NCBI GenBank assembly: GCA_965198235.1
Contig: OZ240248.1
Coordinates: forward strand, 2,080,001-2,144,000
DNA: 64,000 bases
Source: Candidatus Poribacteria bacterium
Lineage (GTDB): Bacteria; Poribacteria; WGA-4E; WGA-3G
Direction of reading: 5' to 3'
Shown here one piece after another: positions 48,742 to 58,060 of the stretch. Below the pieces are notes generated by a model. The model was not told the origin of the DNA and did not search any database. It worked only from the letters and a program-made list of their open reading frames with translations. Both the position numbers and the translations under genes were made by a program. Each line of letters begins with the position of its first letter. Position 1 is the first letter of the stretch.

Positions 48742-50340
48742 ATGAGAAGGTTCAGTACGCAGGGCCCCGTGAACCCCGACCAACATTATGTTGTCCCCCG
48801 CACTGCGGAGCTCGCCGAGTTCATCAAGCGCGTTAAAGAGGGGCGCTATATCGTCATCTTCGCACCCCGGCAAACAGGCAAGACGACTTTTTTCTACGCC
48901 GCCATGGACATCCTTACCGCCGAGGAGCCGACTTACGTCCCTACCCACTTAGATTTTGAGGCATATAAAAACCTCACCCCTTCCGATTTTTACAGCAATC
49001 TCACCGAAGACATTCGCGAGGAAATCGAGAATCTTTACCAAAAACGTGGAGAAGTGCCCCCCGAGGCGTTAAGGCATTTTTTAGAGAACACAACCCTGAC
49101 CGACAATGTGTCAATGCTCAGAGGTTTCAGGGCATTGGCGCGGGTGTTGGAAAATCAGCGGGTTATCGTCTTTATTGATGAGTTTGATGGCATTCCCCCG
49201 GGGGTCGTGAGTGATTTTCTGTATGCACTCCGCCGCATCTACATATCCAGGACCTCCCCCCGATGTCCCTACAGCCTCGGCATTGTTGGTGTCAAGAGCA
49301 TCGCGCAACTCAACTACGATCAGTCTGTCTCTCCGTTCAACATCCACGACGATTTTGCTTTGCCCAATTTTACGCTTACCCAGGTGCAAGAACTCCTTGG
49401 TCAATACACTGTCGAGGTTGGGCAAACCTTCGCTCAGGAAGTCATTGAATCTATCCACAAACAGACGGGGGGACAACCCTTCCTCGTCAATCGATTCGCA
49501 CAGATTCTCACCGAGGAGATGGACATTCCGAAAACCGAAACGATTACGATGCCACACTTTTCAGAGGCACACATACAACTTTTGGACGAACGGAACACCA
49601 ACTTGACGCATCTCACAACCAATATCTGTCGAAACCCTCGTTTTGAAAATCTCCTAATGCGTATCATGTTTGGTGATGAAGGTATCCCTTTCAACCTACG
49701 CAATGAACTTATCAATGAACTCGCAACATATGGGGTAATCGCAAAAGATTCTGACAGGAAGTGTAAGATTGTCAACCCAATTTATCTGTACTGTATCCTA
49801 CAGACGTTCAAGCCGATAGTCAACGGATTGGAGCGCGACTACTTCCCCAAGGACACGGATGGATTTCAGTACCTCACATCCACTGGGCAAATTCAGATGG
49901 AACGGCTCATGGATAACTTCTGTGAGTTTATTGCCCGCGCTGGATTTAGGATCCTACAAGTCCCCGAAACACCGCAAGAATTCATCGGACAGCACCTGCT
50001 CTTTGCCTACCTTAGTCAGTTTGTCACCAGCGTGAACGGGGCAATGTACATGGAAGTCCCAACCGGGCGGGGCAGGATGGATCTGCTCCTCCTTCACAAC
50101 CAGCGAAAATACATCGTTGAAACAAAGATTTGGCGAAGCGAGCGGCTCTATACTGAAGGGAAACAGCAACTCGCCGCATATCTGTCAGCAGAAGGCGTAG
50201 CGGAGGGCTACTATATCGTGTTCGATCATCGCGAGGTGCCAGAACCGCGCACAGAGATGGAGACGATAGATGGATTAACAATTCGGAGCTACGTTATTCC
50301 TGTGGTGCAAGAACGTCCTTCAAGGAGCAGTTTTAGGTAG
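48742..50340 (+). CDS. AAA-like ATPase with C-terminal PD-(D/E)XK-like nuclease domain
   Basis: APRQTGKTT, FIDEFD, TGGQPFLV; GRGRMDL...IVETK...QLAAYL. Confidence 0.85.
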   Translation: MRRFSTQGPVNPDQHYVVPRTAELAEFIKRVKEGRYIVIFAPRQTGKTTFFYAAMDILTAEEPTYVPTHLDFEAYKNLTPSDFYSNLTEDIREEIENLYQKRGEVPPEALRHFLENTTLTDNVSMLRGFRALARVLENQRVIVFIDEFDGIPPGVVSDFLYALRRIYISRTSPRCPYSLGIVGVKSIAQLNYDQSVSPFNIHDDFALPNFTLTQVQELLGQYTVEVGQTFAQEVIESIHKQTGGQPFLVNRFAQILTEEMDIPKTETITMPHFSEAHIQLLDERNTNLTHLTTNICRNPRFENLLMRIMFGDEGIPFNLRNELINELATYGVIAKDSDRKCKIVNPIYLYCILQTFKPIVNGLERDYFPKDTDGFQYLTSTGQIQMERLMDNFCEFIARAGFRILQVPETPQEFIGQHLLFAYLSQFVTSVNGAMYMEVPTGRGRMDLLLLHNQRKYIVETKIWRSERLYTEGKQQLAAYLSAEGVAEGYYIVFDHREVPEPRTEMETIDGLTIRSYVIPVVQERPSRSSFR

Positions 50341-50486
50341 GTGCCCCTCCCTGGCAGATCTCTAACTTTTTGCCTTAAATTTGGGAGTCGAGTTACCAAA
50401 ACCAACAAGTGAATTTTCGTCATTCTCCCCAGAAAAATGCCGATAATAATTGCCAATAGCAATTTTACCAAGAGGGGAATTAACCA

Positions 50487-51326
50487 ATGAAAATCTTCGC
50501 CTTAGTGATAATAGGCATTGTGTTTATTCCCGTTGTCGTCTATGCGCCAGTGGTTGTGCCCGAAGGTAAAGAGACTGTCCTTGAAGACATGGTGCTGATT
50601 CCCGGAGGCGAATTTGAGATGGGAAGCAGCAACACACCTTCCGAACAACCAGTCCATATCGTCCACGTAGACGCGTTCTATATGGATCAGCATGAGGTCA
50701 CCAATGCTGAATACAAGGCGTTCGTCCTTGCTAATCCTAAGTGGCAAAAAGAGCATATTGGTGCGAGGTTCCATGAAGGGACTTATTTAGAGGATTGGAT
50801 TGGTAATGACTTTCCGAACGGTAAAGGAGGCCATCCCGTTACATGGGTAAGTTGGCAGGCAGCAATGGCTTACGCAACGTGGGCAGGCAAACGGCTGCCG
50901 ACAGAGACAGAGTGGGAACGCGCAGCGCGCGGTGGATTGGCAAATCAAAGTTACCCATGGGGCGATTCAATTGATGCAAGTAAGGCAAACTACAACGGAA
51001 ATGTCGGAGATACCACTGCCATCGGTACCTATCCTGCTAACGATTACGGTCTCTACGATATGGCGGGCAACGTTTCGGAGTGGTGCCTTGATGCCTACCA
51101 GAGCGATTTTTATAGCTATTCCCCGTATCGGAATCCAATCGCAGGCGCAACCCGTATTCGAGACATGATAAGTGATTTCAGAGACGTTGAAACCTCGCGC
51201 GTATTACGTGGTGGCTCTCTGTTCACTGAGCGTCAAAGCGTGGCAGTTTCGACTCGCGCTGAATCTCCGCCGCGGTATGCAGACTTCGATCTCGGTTTCC
51301 GTTGTGTAAAGGACATTAAACCTTAA
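50487..51326 (+). CDS. Formylglycine-generating enzyme (SUMF1) family protein, exported
   Basis: FEMGS, EVTNAEY, RLPTETEWERAARGG, NDYGLYDMAGNVSEW, GFRC. Confidence 0.92.
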   Translation: MKIFALVIIGIVFIPVVVYAPVVVPEGKETVLEDMVLIPGGEFEMGSSNTPSEQPVHIVHVDAFYMDQHEVTNAEYKAFVLANPKWQKEHIGARFHEGTYLEDWIGNDFPNGKGGHPVTWVSWQAAMAYATWAGKRLPTETEWERAARGGLANQSYPWGDSIDASKANYNGNVGDTTAIGTYPANDYGLYDMAGNVSEWCLDAYQSDFYSYSPYRNPIAGATRIRDMISDFRDVETSRVLRGGSLFTERQSVAVSTRAESPPRYADFDLGFRCVKDIKP

Positions 51327-51402
51327 ATCCTCGATTGAATCGGAAAAAGATGGCGAAGTTTGGAAACCTCACCACGTAAAACGGAAAAGAGGACTGTCCA
51401 CA

Positions 51403-52214
51403 TCAAACGGTAGTTTGCCTCTGCCCATCATCAGGTTCAATCCGCACAGCACAGAACTTCAATTCCGGTTGCTTAGAGACAGTATCAAACGCAGGATTTG
51501 TCACATAATTGGCATTGGTCTCGGCGTGGAAGAGGTCGCCCCAATGGAACGGCGTGAAGAGTAAACCTTGCCGAATCGTCTCTGTGACACGCGCACGTGC
51601 ATAGCACCGTCCTCGTCGTCCGACGAGATACACCCATTCACCGTCTTGAACATCGTTCTCTACCGCATCATCAGGATGGATTTCCACGAAAGGTTCCGGG
51701 TCTTTGCGGACAAGCTGCGGCACCTTGCCCGTCCGGGTACGGGTATGCCACTGGCTCTCAATCCGTCCTGTCGTTAAACCGAGCGGGAATTCTTCATCTG
51801 TATCTTCATCAGGTGGTTTATAGACGGGCGTATGGAATTGTGCCTTCTCGGACTCAGTGAAAAACTTCTTGCGCGTGTACCGACGGGGTGTCCCAGGGTG
51901 CCGCGGGTAAGGACAGGGCCAGCGAAGTGAGGTCTTCGCGAGCCGTTCATTCGTCATTCCCATCTGATCACACGGTGTCCCTGCTGCCAGAAGCCGATAT
52001 TCATCCCATACCTCTTCAGGTGTATGGAAATCAAAATTCCGCTTGAATCCCATCGCTCTCGCAACCTGCGTGAATATCCACCAATCCGGCATCGCTTCAC
52101 CGGGGGGTGTGAGGAACTGATCACTTCGGACGACAAGCCGTTCGCTGTTCGTCATTGTGCCTTGCTTTTCACCCCACTGCGCGGCAGGAAGTATCACATC
52201 CGCGTATTCCGACG
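51403..52214 (-). pseudogene. C-terminal fragment of assimilatory nitrate reductase (NasA/NarB)
   Basis: YADVILPAAQWGEKQGTMTNSER, LTTGR...WHTRTRTG, SKQPELKFCAV; N-terminal part missing. Confidence 0.85.
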
Positions 52215-52822
52215 TTAAACTTCCGCGGAATATCGGTAAATTCCTTATTGCCGACAAAGAGTTTTGTGAATTCCCTGCCGACGTGCGAAGCATCAAAGAG
52301 CTCATTGGGTGTTAATCCCGCAACGGGGCACCCGATCACACCACGAATGTTGTCGAAGCCTGTTTGGAGTGAACCTAAACCGACCTCTTCGAGTCGATTC
52401 CAGATATGTTGGACATTCTCAATTGCGAAACCTCGAAGTTGAATCTGCTGACGCGTCGTGAGATCGACGAACCCTGGTCCGTGTGATTCACTGATTTCAG
52501 CAATGGCGCGGAACTGCTCTGAATTGCTAAAACCACTTGACATACGGAGACGCATCATAAATGCACCGGGGGTTTGCTTTCGGAAGAAAACACCTACCCA
52601 CTTAAGCCGATCACGTTCGTTCGGAGGAATAGATTCCCAACCGTCCCGAATATAGTTTGGAATGTCATTGATGACCTCAAGCCCGTTTTTCTCTTGCTTT
52701 AAGGCTTCCGCAGCGTTTATCTTGGACTTTGATTTTTTGGAGGTCTCCTTTGCGCTTTTCAAACTCGGTGCTGAACGCACACCTCGGCTTGCGGGAATAG
52801 TTTTCTTTTTTGATTGGTTCAC
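52204..52822 (-). pseudogene. N-terminal fragment of ferredoxin-nitrite reductase (NirA)
   Basis: LKWVGVF, FMMRLR, DLTTRQQIQLR, DNIRGVIGCPVAG, PRKFNVGI, then an abrupt end. Confidence 0.85.
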
Positions 52823-52884
52823 CTTTGGATCTCCTTCAGAAACAGGTGGTTTTCAAACTGGCGCATCTTTCGATACATAGACAC

Positions 52885-52960
52885 AAAAAAAGGCATCCAT
52901 CAGCGAGCATAGGGCTCAGCCGAATGGACACCTGTGTCCAGACCCAAATTGCGCCATCAA
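52885..52960 (-). promoter_or_regulatory. ANTAR (NasT/NasR-type) dual-hairpin antitermination leader with terminator
   Basis: TTG-ATGGCG-CAA and GAC-ACAGGT-GTC hexaloops with A1/G4; the second overlaps terminator AGGTGTCCAT...ATGGATGCC-T tract. Confidence 0.75.
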
Positions 52961-53089
52961 GGCACAATTTGTCTTGCTTTACATTCCACCTTTGGTTAGG
53001 TTTTATCGTTATTCATCACAGTAGTGCGGAACATATCAATTGTATTCTGAGAAAATAGAGATTTCCGATGTGCACATCTCGTTCACCTT

Positions 53090-53105
53090 AGCAAAAACCT
53101 TGCCA
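53090..53105 (-). promoter_or_regulatory. sigma54 (-24/-12) promoter
   Basis: TGGCAAGGTTTTTGCT versus consensus TGGCAC-N5-TTGCW; upstream of nitrogen-assimilation genes. Confidence 0.75.
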
Positions 53106-53300
53106 AAAGTATAAATTGCTGATTTCTTTAGGGTTCATAAGGCTTCTACAAAACAGAAACCCCACGAAAAGTCCGTGGGGTGTGAATTTTTGCTTATTTT
53201 TTTAGCAGAATGCCAGCGTTTTTTCCTGTTTTTTGGGCAACACAGGTTTCTATTCTGAATGGGTTCATTTCATAATATAAGTCTGTTCCAATACTTAAGG

Positions 53301-53966
53301 CTATGCAGCACGCTGCACGGCGTAAATACAAACTTGAAAGGTTTGTCCATCCAATGCGACAGGGTAGGTGATCTTTTGATAGACGAAGCCGGTGTCAATG
53401 AGTAGTTTGAAAAAACCGGTCGCGTTGCTACGATTCGGTTCGGAAAAGAGGGCAACACCGTTGTGGGTGAGATGCTCCTGAAGTAAAGTCGCAATCGGTG
53501 TCCAATGGGGCTCTTCGTAAATGACATCGGCGGCGAGGATATATGGAAATTTGCGATTGAAGCAGGGAGTGTTCCAATCCATCTGGACGAAATCCGCACG
53601 TTGGCTCACACCGTTTTGCTCCGCGTTGTGGTGTGCGAAGCGGAGTGCCTCTTGTTCTGCGTCCGTGAAAACCACGCGCCCACCCATCTGACAGGCGACA
53701 ATTCCTGTCAGTCCGAATCCACATCCGATTTCTAAGATGTGCGCATCTTTTAGGCGCGCGCCCATTTTCTCTATATGTCGGGCGAGACCGATCGAAGACT
53801 CCCAGAGATAAGTCCAGTATGGGAGATAAAGCTTACCCTCACTGTCCTCTCGGCTGAGTTGTTCAAGAAACCAATCGGGTTCTTCTACGATTGTGAGTTG
53901 GACCCGACCGGTTTTCAATTTGATGATGGTACTCGTTAGCGGATAGTCTCGCAATTGGATTTTCAC
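53301..53966 (-). CDS. SAM-dependent methyltransferase (family 16/METTL21-like)
   Basis: PYWTYLWESS, LEIGCGFGL, LAADVIYE. Confidence 0.88.
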   Translation of the reverse strand: MKIQLRDYPLTSTIIKLKTGRVQLTIVEEPDWFLEQLSREDSEGKLYLPYWTYLWESSIGLARHIEKMGARLKDAHILEIGCGFGLTGIVACQMGGRVVFTDAEQEALRFAHHNAEQNGVSQRADFVQMDWNTPCFNRKFPYILAADVIYEEPHWTPIATLLQEHLTHNGVALFSEPNRSNATGFFKLLIDTGFVYQKITYPVALDGQTFQVCIYAVQRAA

Positions 53967-54069
53967 ACGCTGAAATTACGGTTCGAGGAGGTATTTGAGG
54001 GAAATTTGTTCTTGTGGTTTATGCTTTGTTCTGTTTCTCATTCGTGTAACCAGTTGATTCTCCGAAGTC

Positions 54070-54660
54070 CTAATCAGGAAATGTGACGCGTTCGTAGATT
54101 TCCTGCAAAGGCAATTCGCATTGGATGGAAGTGAGTGGCAGACTTTCCTCAAGTTCTTGGAATTCGGTGAAAATCCAATGTTTTTCTTGGCGGCGATAGT
54201 GCTCCACACAAACCTCGTCTTGGGCGACGAGGAGGTATTCCTGCAATGATGGGAGTTGTCGATAGTGCGCGAATTTTTCGCCTCGGTCATAAGTTTTGGT
54301 TGAGGGTGAGAGAACTTCTACCACAAGGATGGGGTTAAGGAGTGTATCGAAGACATCATCTTCAAAGCGGGGTTCTTCACAAACGACAACGACATCTGGA
54401 TAGAAGTAGGATGTTGTAGTAGGCGTGCTCACGCGCATCTCGTTCGCGTAGGTTTCGCATCTGCTTCCTCTTAACAGGTTGCGGAACTCACCAGATATAT
54501 TACCTGTAATGAGATTATCCGCTCGGCTCGCGCCAGACATCGCTATCAACTCACCGTTTAAGTATTCATGCCTGATTATTTCTGAGTCTGGAGGTGCTTT
54601 GCGCTCAAAAGCGATGTATTCCTCGGGTGTGAGACGTGTTTGTGCTGCAGAAGCTGCCAT
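54070..54660 (-). CDS. Uma2 (DUF820) family endonuclease
   Basis: HEYLNGELIAMSG, YPDVVVVC, VEVLSPST, DRGEKF. Confidence 0.92.
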   Translation of the reverse strand: MAASAAQTRLTPEEYIAFERKAPPDSEIIRHEYLNGELIAMSGASRADNLITGNISGEFRNLLRGSRCETYANEMRVSTPTTTSYFYPDVVVVCEEPRFEDDVFDTLLNPILVVEVLSPSTKTYDRGEKFAHYRQLPSLQEYLLVAQDEVCVEHYRRQEKHWIFTEFQELEESLPLTSIQCELPLQEIYERVTFPD

Positions 54661-54816
54661 GATTCCCTCCGGTAAGTTGCTGATTATTCGTATTATAGCG
54701 TAACTCCAAGAGGATGTCAAGGAGGTGAGTGTCGCGATCGGGAGTTCGCTCCTATAGCGATAGGACCTTGAACGAAAGCCTCTTTCCAGTAACGAGTGCT
54801 GACACGCGTGTGGAGC

Positions 54817-55851
54817 TTAAGAGATACTGCCACTAAAAAGTTTGGCGATTTCGTCCGTCTCAAAAACAGGTAGCGGTTGTTGTGTGCCGGTGGTATCTTC
54901 CAACCATAATCCGTGATCGGGTGGCAAAAACTTTCCGATAATGTCGGCGTTGATACCAGCCGTGCCGAGTGCTCGGCGGATTGTTTCGCCTTTTTCGGGC
55001 TCCGATGCGATTAACATGGCACCAGATGAAATGATACCGAGCGGATTGAGCCCAAACATATCACACAACGTCCGTGTTATGTCTCCATACAATACGGGTG
55101 AGCCTAAAAGTTTATCCGAATAGACGGTCACCCCTAACTCGGCGGCGGTTGCCAACTCATAGACGGCAGTTGTGACACCGCCTTCTGTGACATCGTGCAT
55201 AGCATGGACACCACCTGTAGCGGTTGCAATTTGCGCGTCCTGTAGTACAGAAATTCCGGGATGCGTGAGATAGTTCTTCGCCTGCTCCAAGAATTGGGCA
55301 TCGCACTTTTCACGCAATTGCTCTTCACACTCGCGCGCGATGATTGCTGTTGCTTCAATACCGAGTCCTTTTGTGAGAATTAGGACATCCCCTACACGGG
55401 CATCCGCTGAAGTGAACAGGGCATTTTTATGGGTGACCCCCATCATCTGTCCTATGACGACGGGTTGTGTCACAGCAGGTGTAACTTCGGTATGTCCACC
55501 ACAGAGCGTGATGTCGAACGCCGTACATGCCTGTGTGATTTGTGCCATGATGTCGCGAACCATTGCAGAGGTCGTTGCGTCTTCGGGTAGCAATAGGGTA
55601 ACGAGCAACCATTTCGGCACAGCCCCCATCGCGGCGATGTCATTGCTATTGACGCATACCACGTACCACCCAATATCTTCAGTCGCAAAGGTAATCGGGT
55701 CGCTGGTTGCAACGAGGTAGTTGTCCCCTAACTTGATGACTGCGGCATCTTCACCGAGTTGTGGACCGACAATCACGCTTGTATTTCTATCGCGTGTGGG
55801 TAGAAGTTCTTTTAAAAAATCGTGTTTTAGTTTCCCGATAGGCAGGTTCAT
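54817..55851 (-). CDS. AIR synthase-related (HypE-like) protein
   Basis: GEDAAV, SDPITF, NDIAAMGA, GGHTE, MHDVTEGG. Confidence 0.88.
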   Translation of the reverse strand: MNLPIGKLKHDFLKELLPTRDRNTSVIVGPQLGEDAAVIKLGDNYLVATSDPITFATEDIGWYVVCVNSNDIAAMGAVPKWLLVTLLLPEDATTSAMVRDIMAQITQACTAFDITLCGGHTEVTPAVTQPVVIGQMMGVTHKNALFTSADARVGDVLILTKGLGIEATAIIARECEEQLREKCDAQFLEQAKNYLTHPGISVLQDAQIATATGGVHAMHDVTEGGVTTAVYELATAAELGVTVYSDKLLGSPVLYGDITRTLCDMFGLNPLGIISSGAMLIASEPEKGETIRRALGTAGINADIIGKFLPPDHGLWLEDTTGTQQPLPVFETDEIAKLFSGSIS

Positions 55852-55862
55852 GTGTTTCGCTC

Positions 55863-57791
55863 TCAGATAAAAATTTTGTAGGTGCGCAAACCGAATGAGG
55901 GTCCAATAATTGCCCAGATGCTACCGATGACATAATCGCCTAAGATTAGCCCTAAAAAGAGCGGTGCGACCTGACGATGCAACCGTAACCCGCCGTGCCG
56001 TAAAATCATCAACTTTAGGAACCACGCCACGAAGAAGGCGAACCAGAAGTAATCCATCGCAAAGCTGATCGCGAGTGCGTAGCCCGCCGGATGAAAGGGC
56101 CACCATAAGAAATGCATTCGCATATACATCATCACGAACGTCAGGAGCGCGCCGATACCCATGAAACCGATGCCGGTCACATTCGGTTCGGTTGGATTAT
56201 GTAACCACCGCTGGAGCCGACTGAACGATTCTCTGCCGACCCATCCCTTGAAACCGCCTGCTTTCGCAACCGCACCGTTCCGGAAGGTGATGTCAAGATT
56301 TGCCCAAAATGTTACCAGAATGCCGACGATAATCGCGATCAGCATCGCCACCCATAAACGTCGGTTACCCATTCCCGTTGATTCTGCGAGTTTAAACGCC
56401 TCAATCTGATTCGGCATGGGGTGGTTGCGGTAACCGCGATTGAACCAGTAGAAAAGCGACATGATGGTGAGACTGCTTGTGTCAAACTGGCGAGTGCCGC
56501 CGACTGTCGCCAACATGTCGTGCGGATTGACGTAGTAAATCTCATGAGGTGTACCGAGTTCCGCTCGGACACGGGTGATTGCAAAGGAGAGCAGGAAATA
56601 GACACCAAAGAAAATACCCGCAACCCATAAGGACATCCCTGCTATAGAGGAAAATATGCCGAGCGCGACAAGCGATCCGAGTATCCCCAGGAAAGCGGCA
56701 CGGTACGGCATCGGTTCGTCCGAATCATCGAGGTGCGATTTGAATCCAAGCACCTTTTTCAGGACCTCAGTCAAGTGACGCCGCGTGACCCAGATGGCAA
56801 GTAGGAAGAGTGCAATCCACGCGCCATACGCCTGTTCGTTAAGGGCGGGAAAATAGCGCGTGCCGAGTGCCGCCCCGATGACGAATTCCGCTAAGCGAAC
56901 GACAAAGAAAAACCAGCACGAAAACGAGAGATCCAGCGGGAGAAAAAACGCCAATCCCACTGCGAAAGGATAAACGGAGATACGGGTGCCACGTATAACG
57001 TTCCAGGGACGGTCGGTGAAGATGTTTTGGAAGACAGCTGTCCGTTTAATGTAGGGGATTTCTGGAAACTGTGGGAAGAGGTAGTGAACCCCGTTAATCA
57101 CACCGATGAAGACGGCGATGCTGAATCCAATCCACATCATCCGATTTTTGAGGAGACTGATGCCACCATCTTCCGAGAGCCGCAGCGGGAGTTGGATAAT
57201 CGGATACGCCAACTTTTCCTGCTCTGCCCACCGTTTCCGGACGAGCGTGTTGATGCAGAGCATCATAAACATCATAATGAGGAAAAAGAGCCCCCAGAAC
57301 AGCAACGGCTTTGTCCAAACTGTATAGTTATGGCTTGTATAGAAGGTGGCTTCTCCCTCGTAAAACCCCTGTAAACTTTGCGCGTCAGAGATAGTGAGCC
57401 ACGCCGGTAGATACCGAAAAAAGAGCGTCTGCCACTCGTTCTCTTCAGTCGCAAATCGGAACGGGTGGGCGATACTGCCGAACATATTTTGCATCGTGTC
57501 GTGTCCCGCGAACGTGCAGGAGATCGCGACCATAATATAGATCGCGAGCAGTTCCCCCTGCTGTAGCATCTGTCGCGGGGCGATACGTTTCAACACGCAG
57601 TTGGCAACAACACAGACGAACATGATGAAAACAGGTTGGATAAATAACGGGAGACACGAACCGTCGAGGGAATAATACTTCACCTCGACAAGCGTCATCC
57701 AATAGACATTGACTGGGATGAGTAGAACACCTAAGAGAAGCGAGCGTCCTGTAATGCGTGATGATGGGATTGAAGTTTCACGATCTTTCAT
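55863..57791 (-). CDS. Polytopic membrane protein (DUF6785/DUF6784-type), distant paralogue 3
   Basis: RKRWAEQEKLAYPIIQLP, WWPFHPAGY, FLGLILGD. Confidence 0.8.
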   Translation of the reverse strand: MKDRETSIPSSRITGRSLLLGVLLIPVNVYWMTLVEVKYYSLDGSCLPLFIQPVFIMFVCVVANCVLKRIAPRQMLQQGELLAIYIMVAISCTFAGHDTMQNMFGSIAHPFRFATEENEWQTLFFRYLPAWLTISDAQSLQGFYEGEATFYTSHNYTVWTKPLLFWGLFFLIMMFMMLCINTLVRKRWAEQEKLAYPIIQLPLRLSEDGGISLLKNRMMWIGFSIAVFIGVINGVHYLFPQFPEIPYIKRTAVFQNIFTDRPWNVIRGTRISVYPFAVGLAFFLPLDLSFSCWFFFVVRLAEFVIGAALGTRYFPALNEQAYGAWIALFLLAIWVTRRHLTEVLKKVLGFKSHLDDSDEPMPYRAAFLGILGSLVALGIFSSIAGMSLWVAGIFFGVYFLLSFAITRVRAELGTPHEIYYVNPHDMLATVGGTRQFDTSSLTIMSLFYWFNRGYRNHPMPNQIEAFKLAESTGMGNRRLWVAMLIAIIVGILVTFWANLDITFRNGAVAKAGGFKGWVGRESFSRLQRWLHNPTEPNVTGIGFMGIGALLTFVMMYMRMHFLWWPFHPAGYALAISFAMDYFWFAFFVAWFLKLMILRHGGLRLHRQVAPLFLGLILGDYVIGSIWAIIGPSFGLRTYKIFI

Positions 57792-58060
57792 AGTTTTAAC
57801 TATGGGCTCCTGGGCATCGTTTTTTAACTATTAACTCTGGGCATCGTTCCACTTTGTTTCACGAGGGTGTCTGGTGAAGTCAGAAACCTTTGAGCACCTG
57901 GAGCGGGTTGGAATTGACCGAAAACCACTGCGAAACGAAATTATGCCTTAAATGGCATAATTTTGCTTCGCTTTACATTTGGAGCAGTTTAACCATCAAC
58001 TCGACTCCGTTATAAATGTTAAAGCACGAGTTGATGGTTAACAGATTCCCATAGTTTAAA
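57792..58060. repeat. Composite intergenic repeat
   Basis: Modules shared with about 7600-7730, 45880-45950, 59928-60260 and 63648-63700; IR TAACCATCAACTCG/CGAGTTGATGGTTA. Confidence 0.7.

Noticed and set aside
52169-52305. Programmed frameshift producing a NirA-nitrate reductase fusion
   Set aside because: Both proteins lack essential domains (siroheme/Fe-S ligands; N-terminal Fe-S and most of the Mo-binding region), so deletion is more parsimonious.
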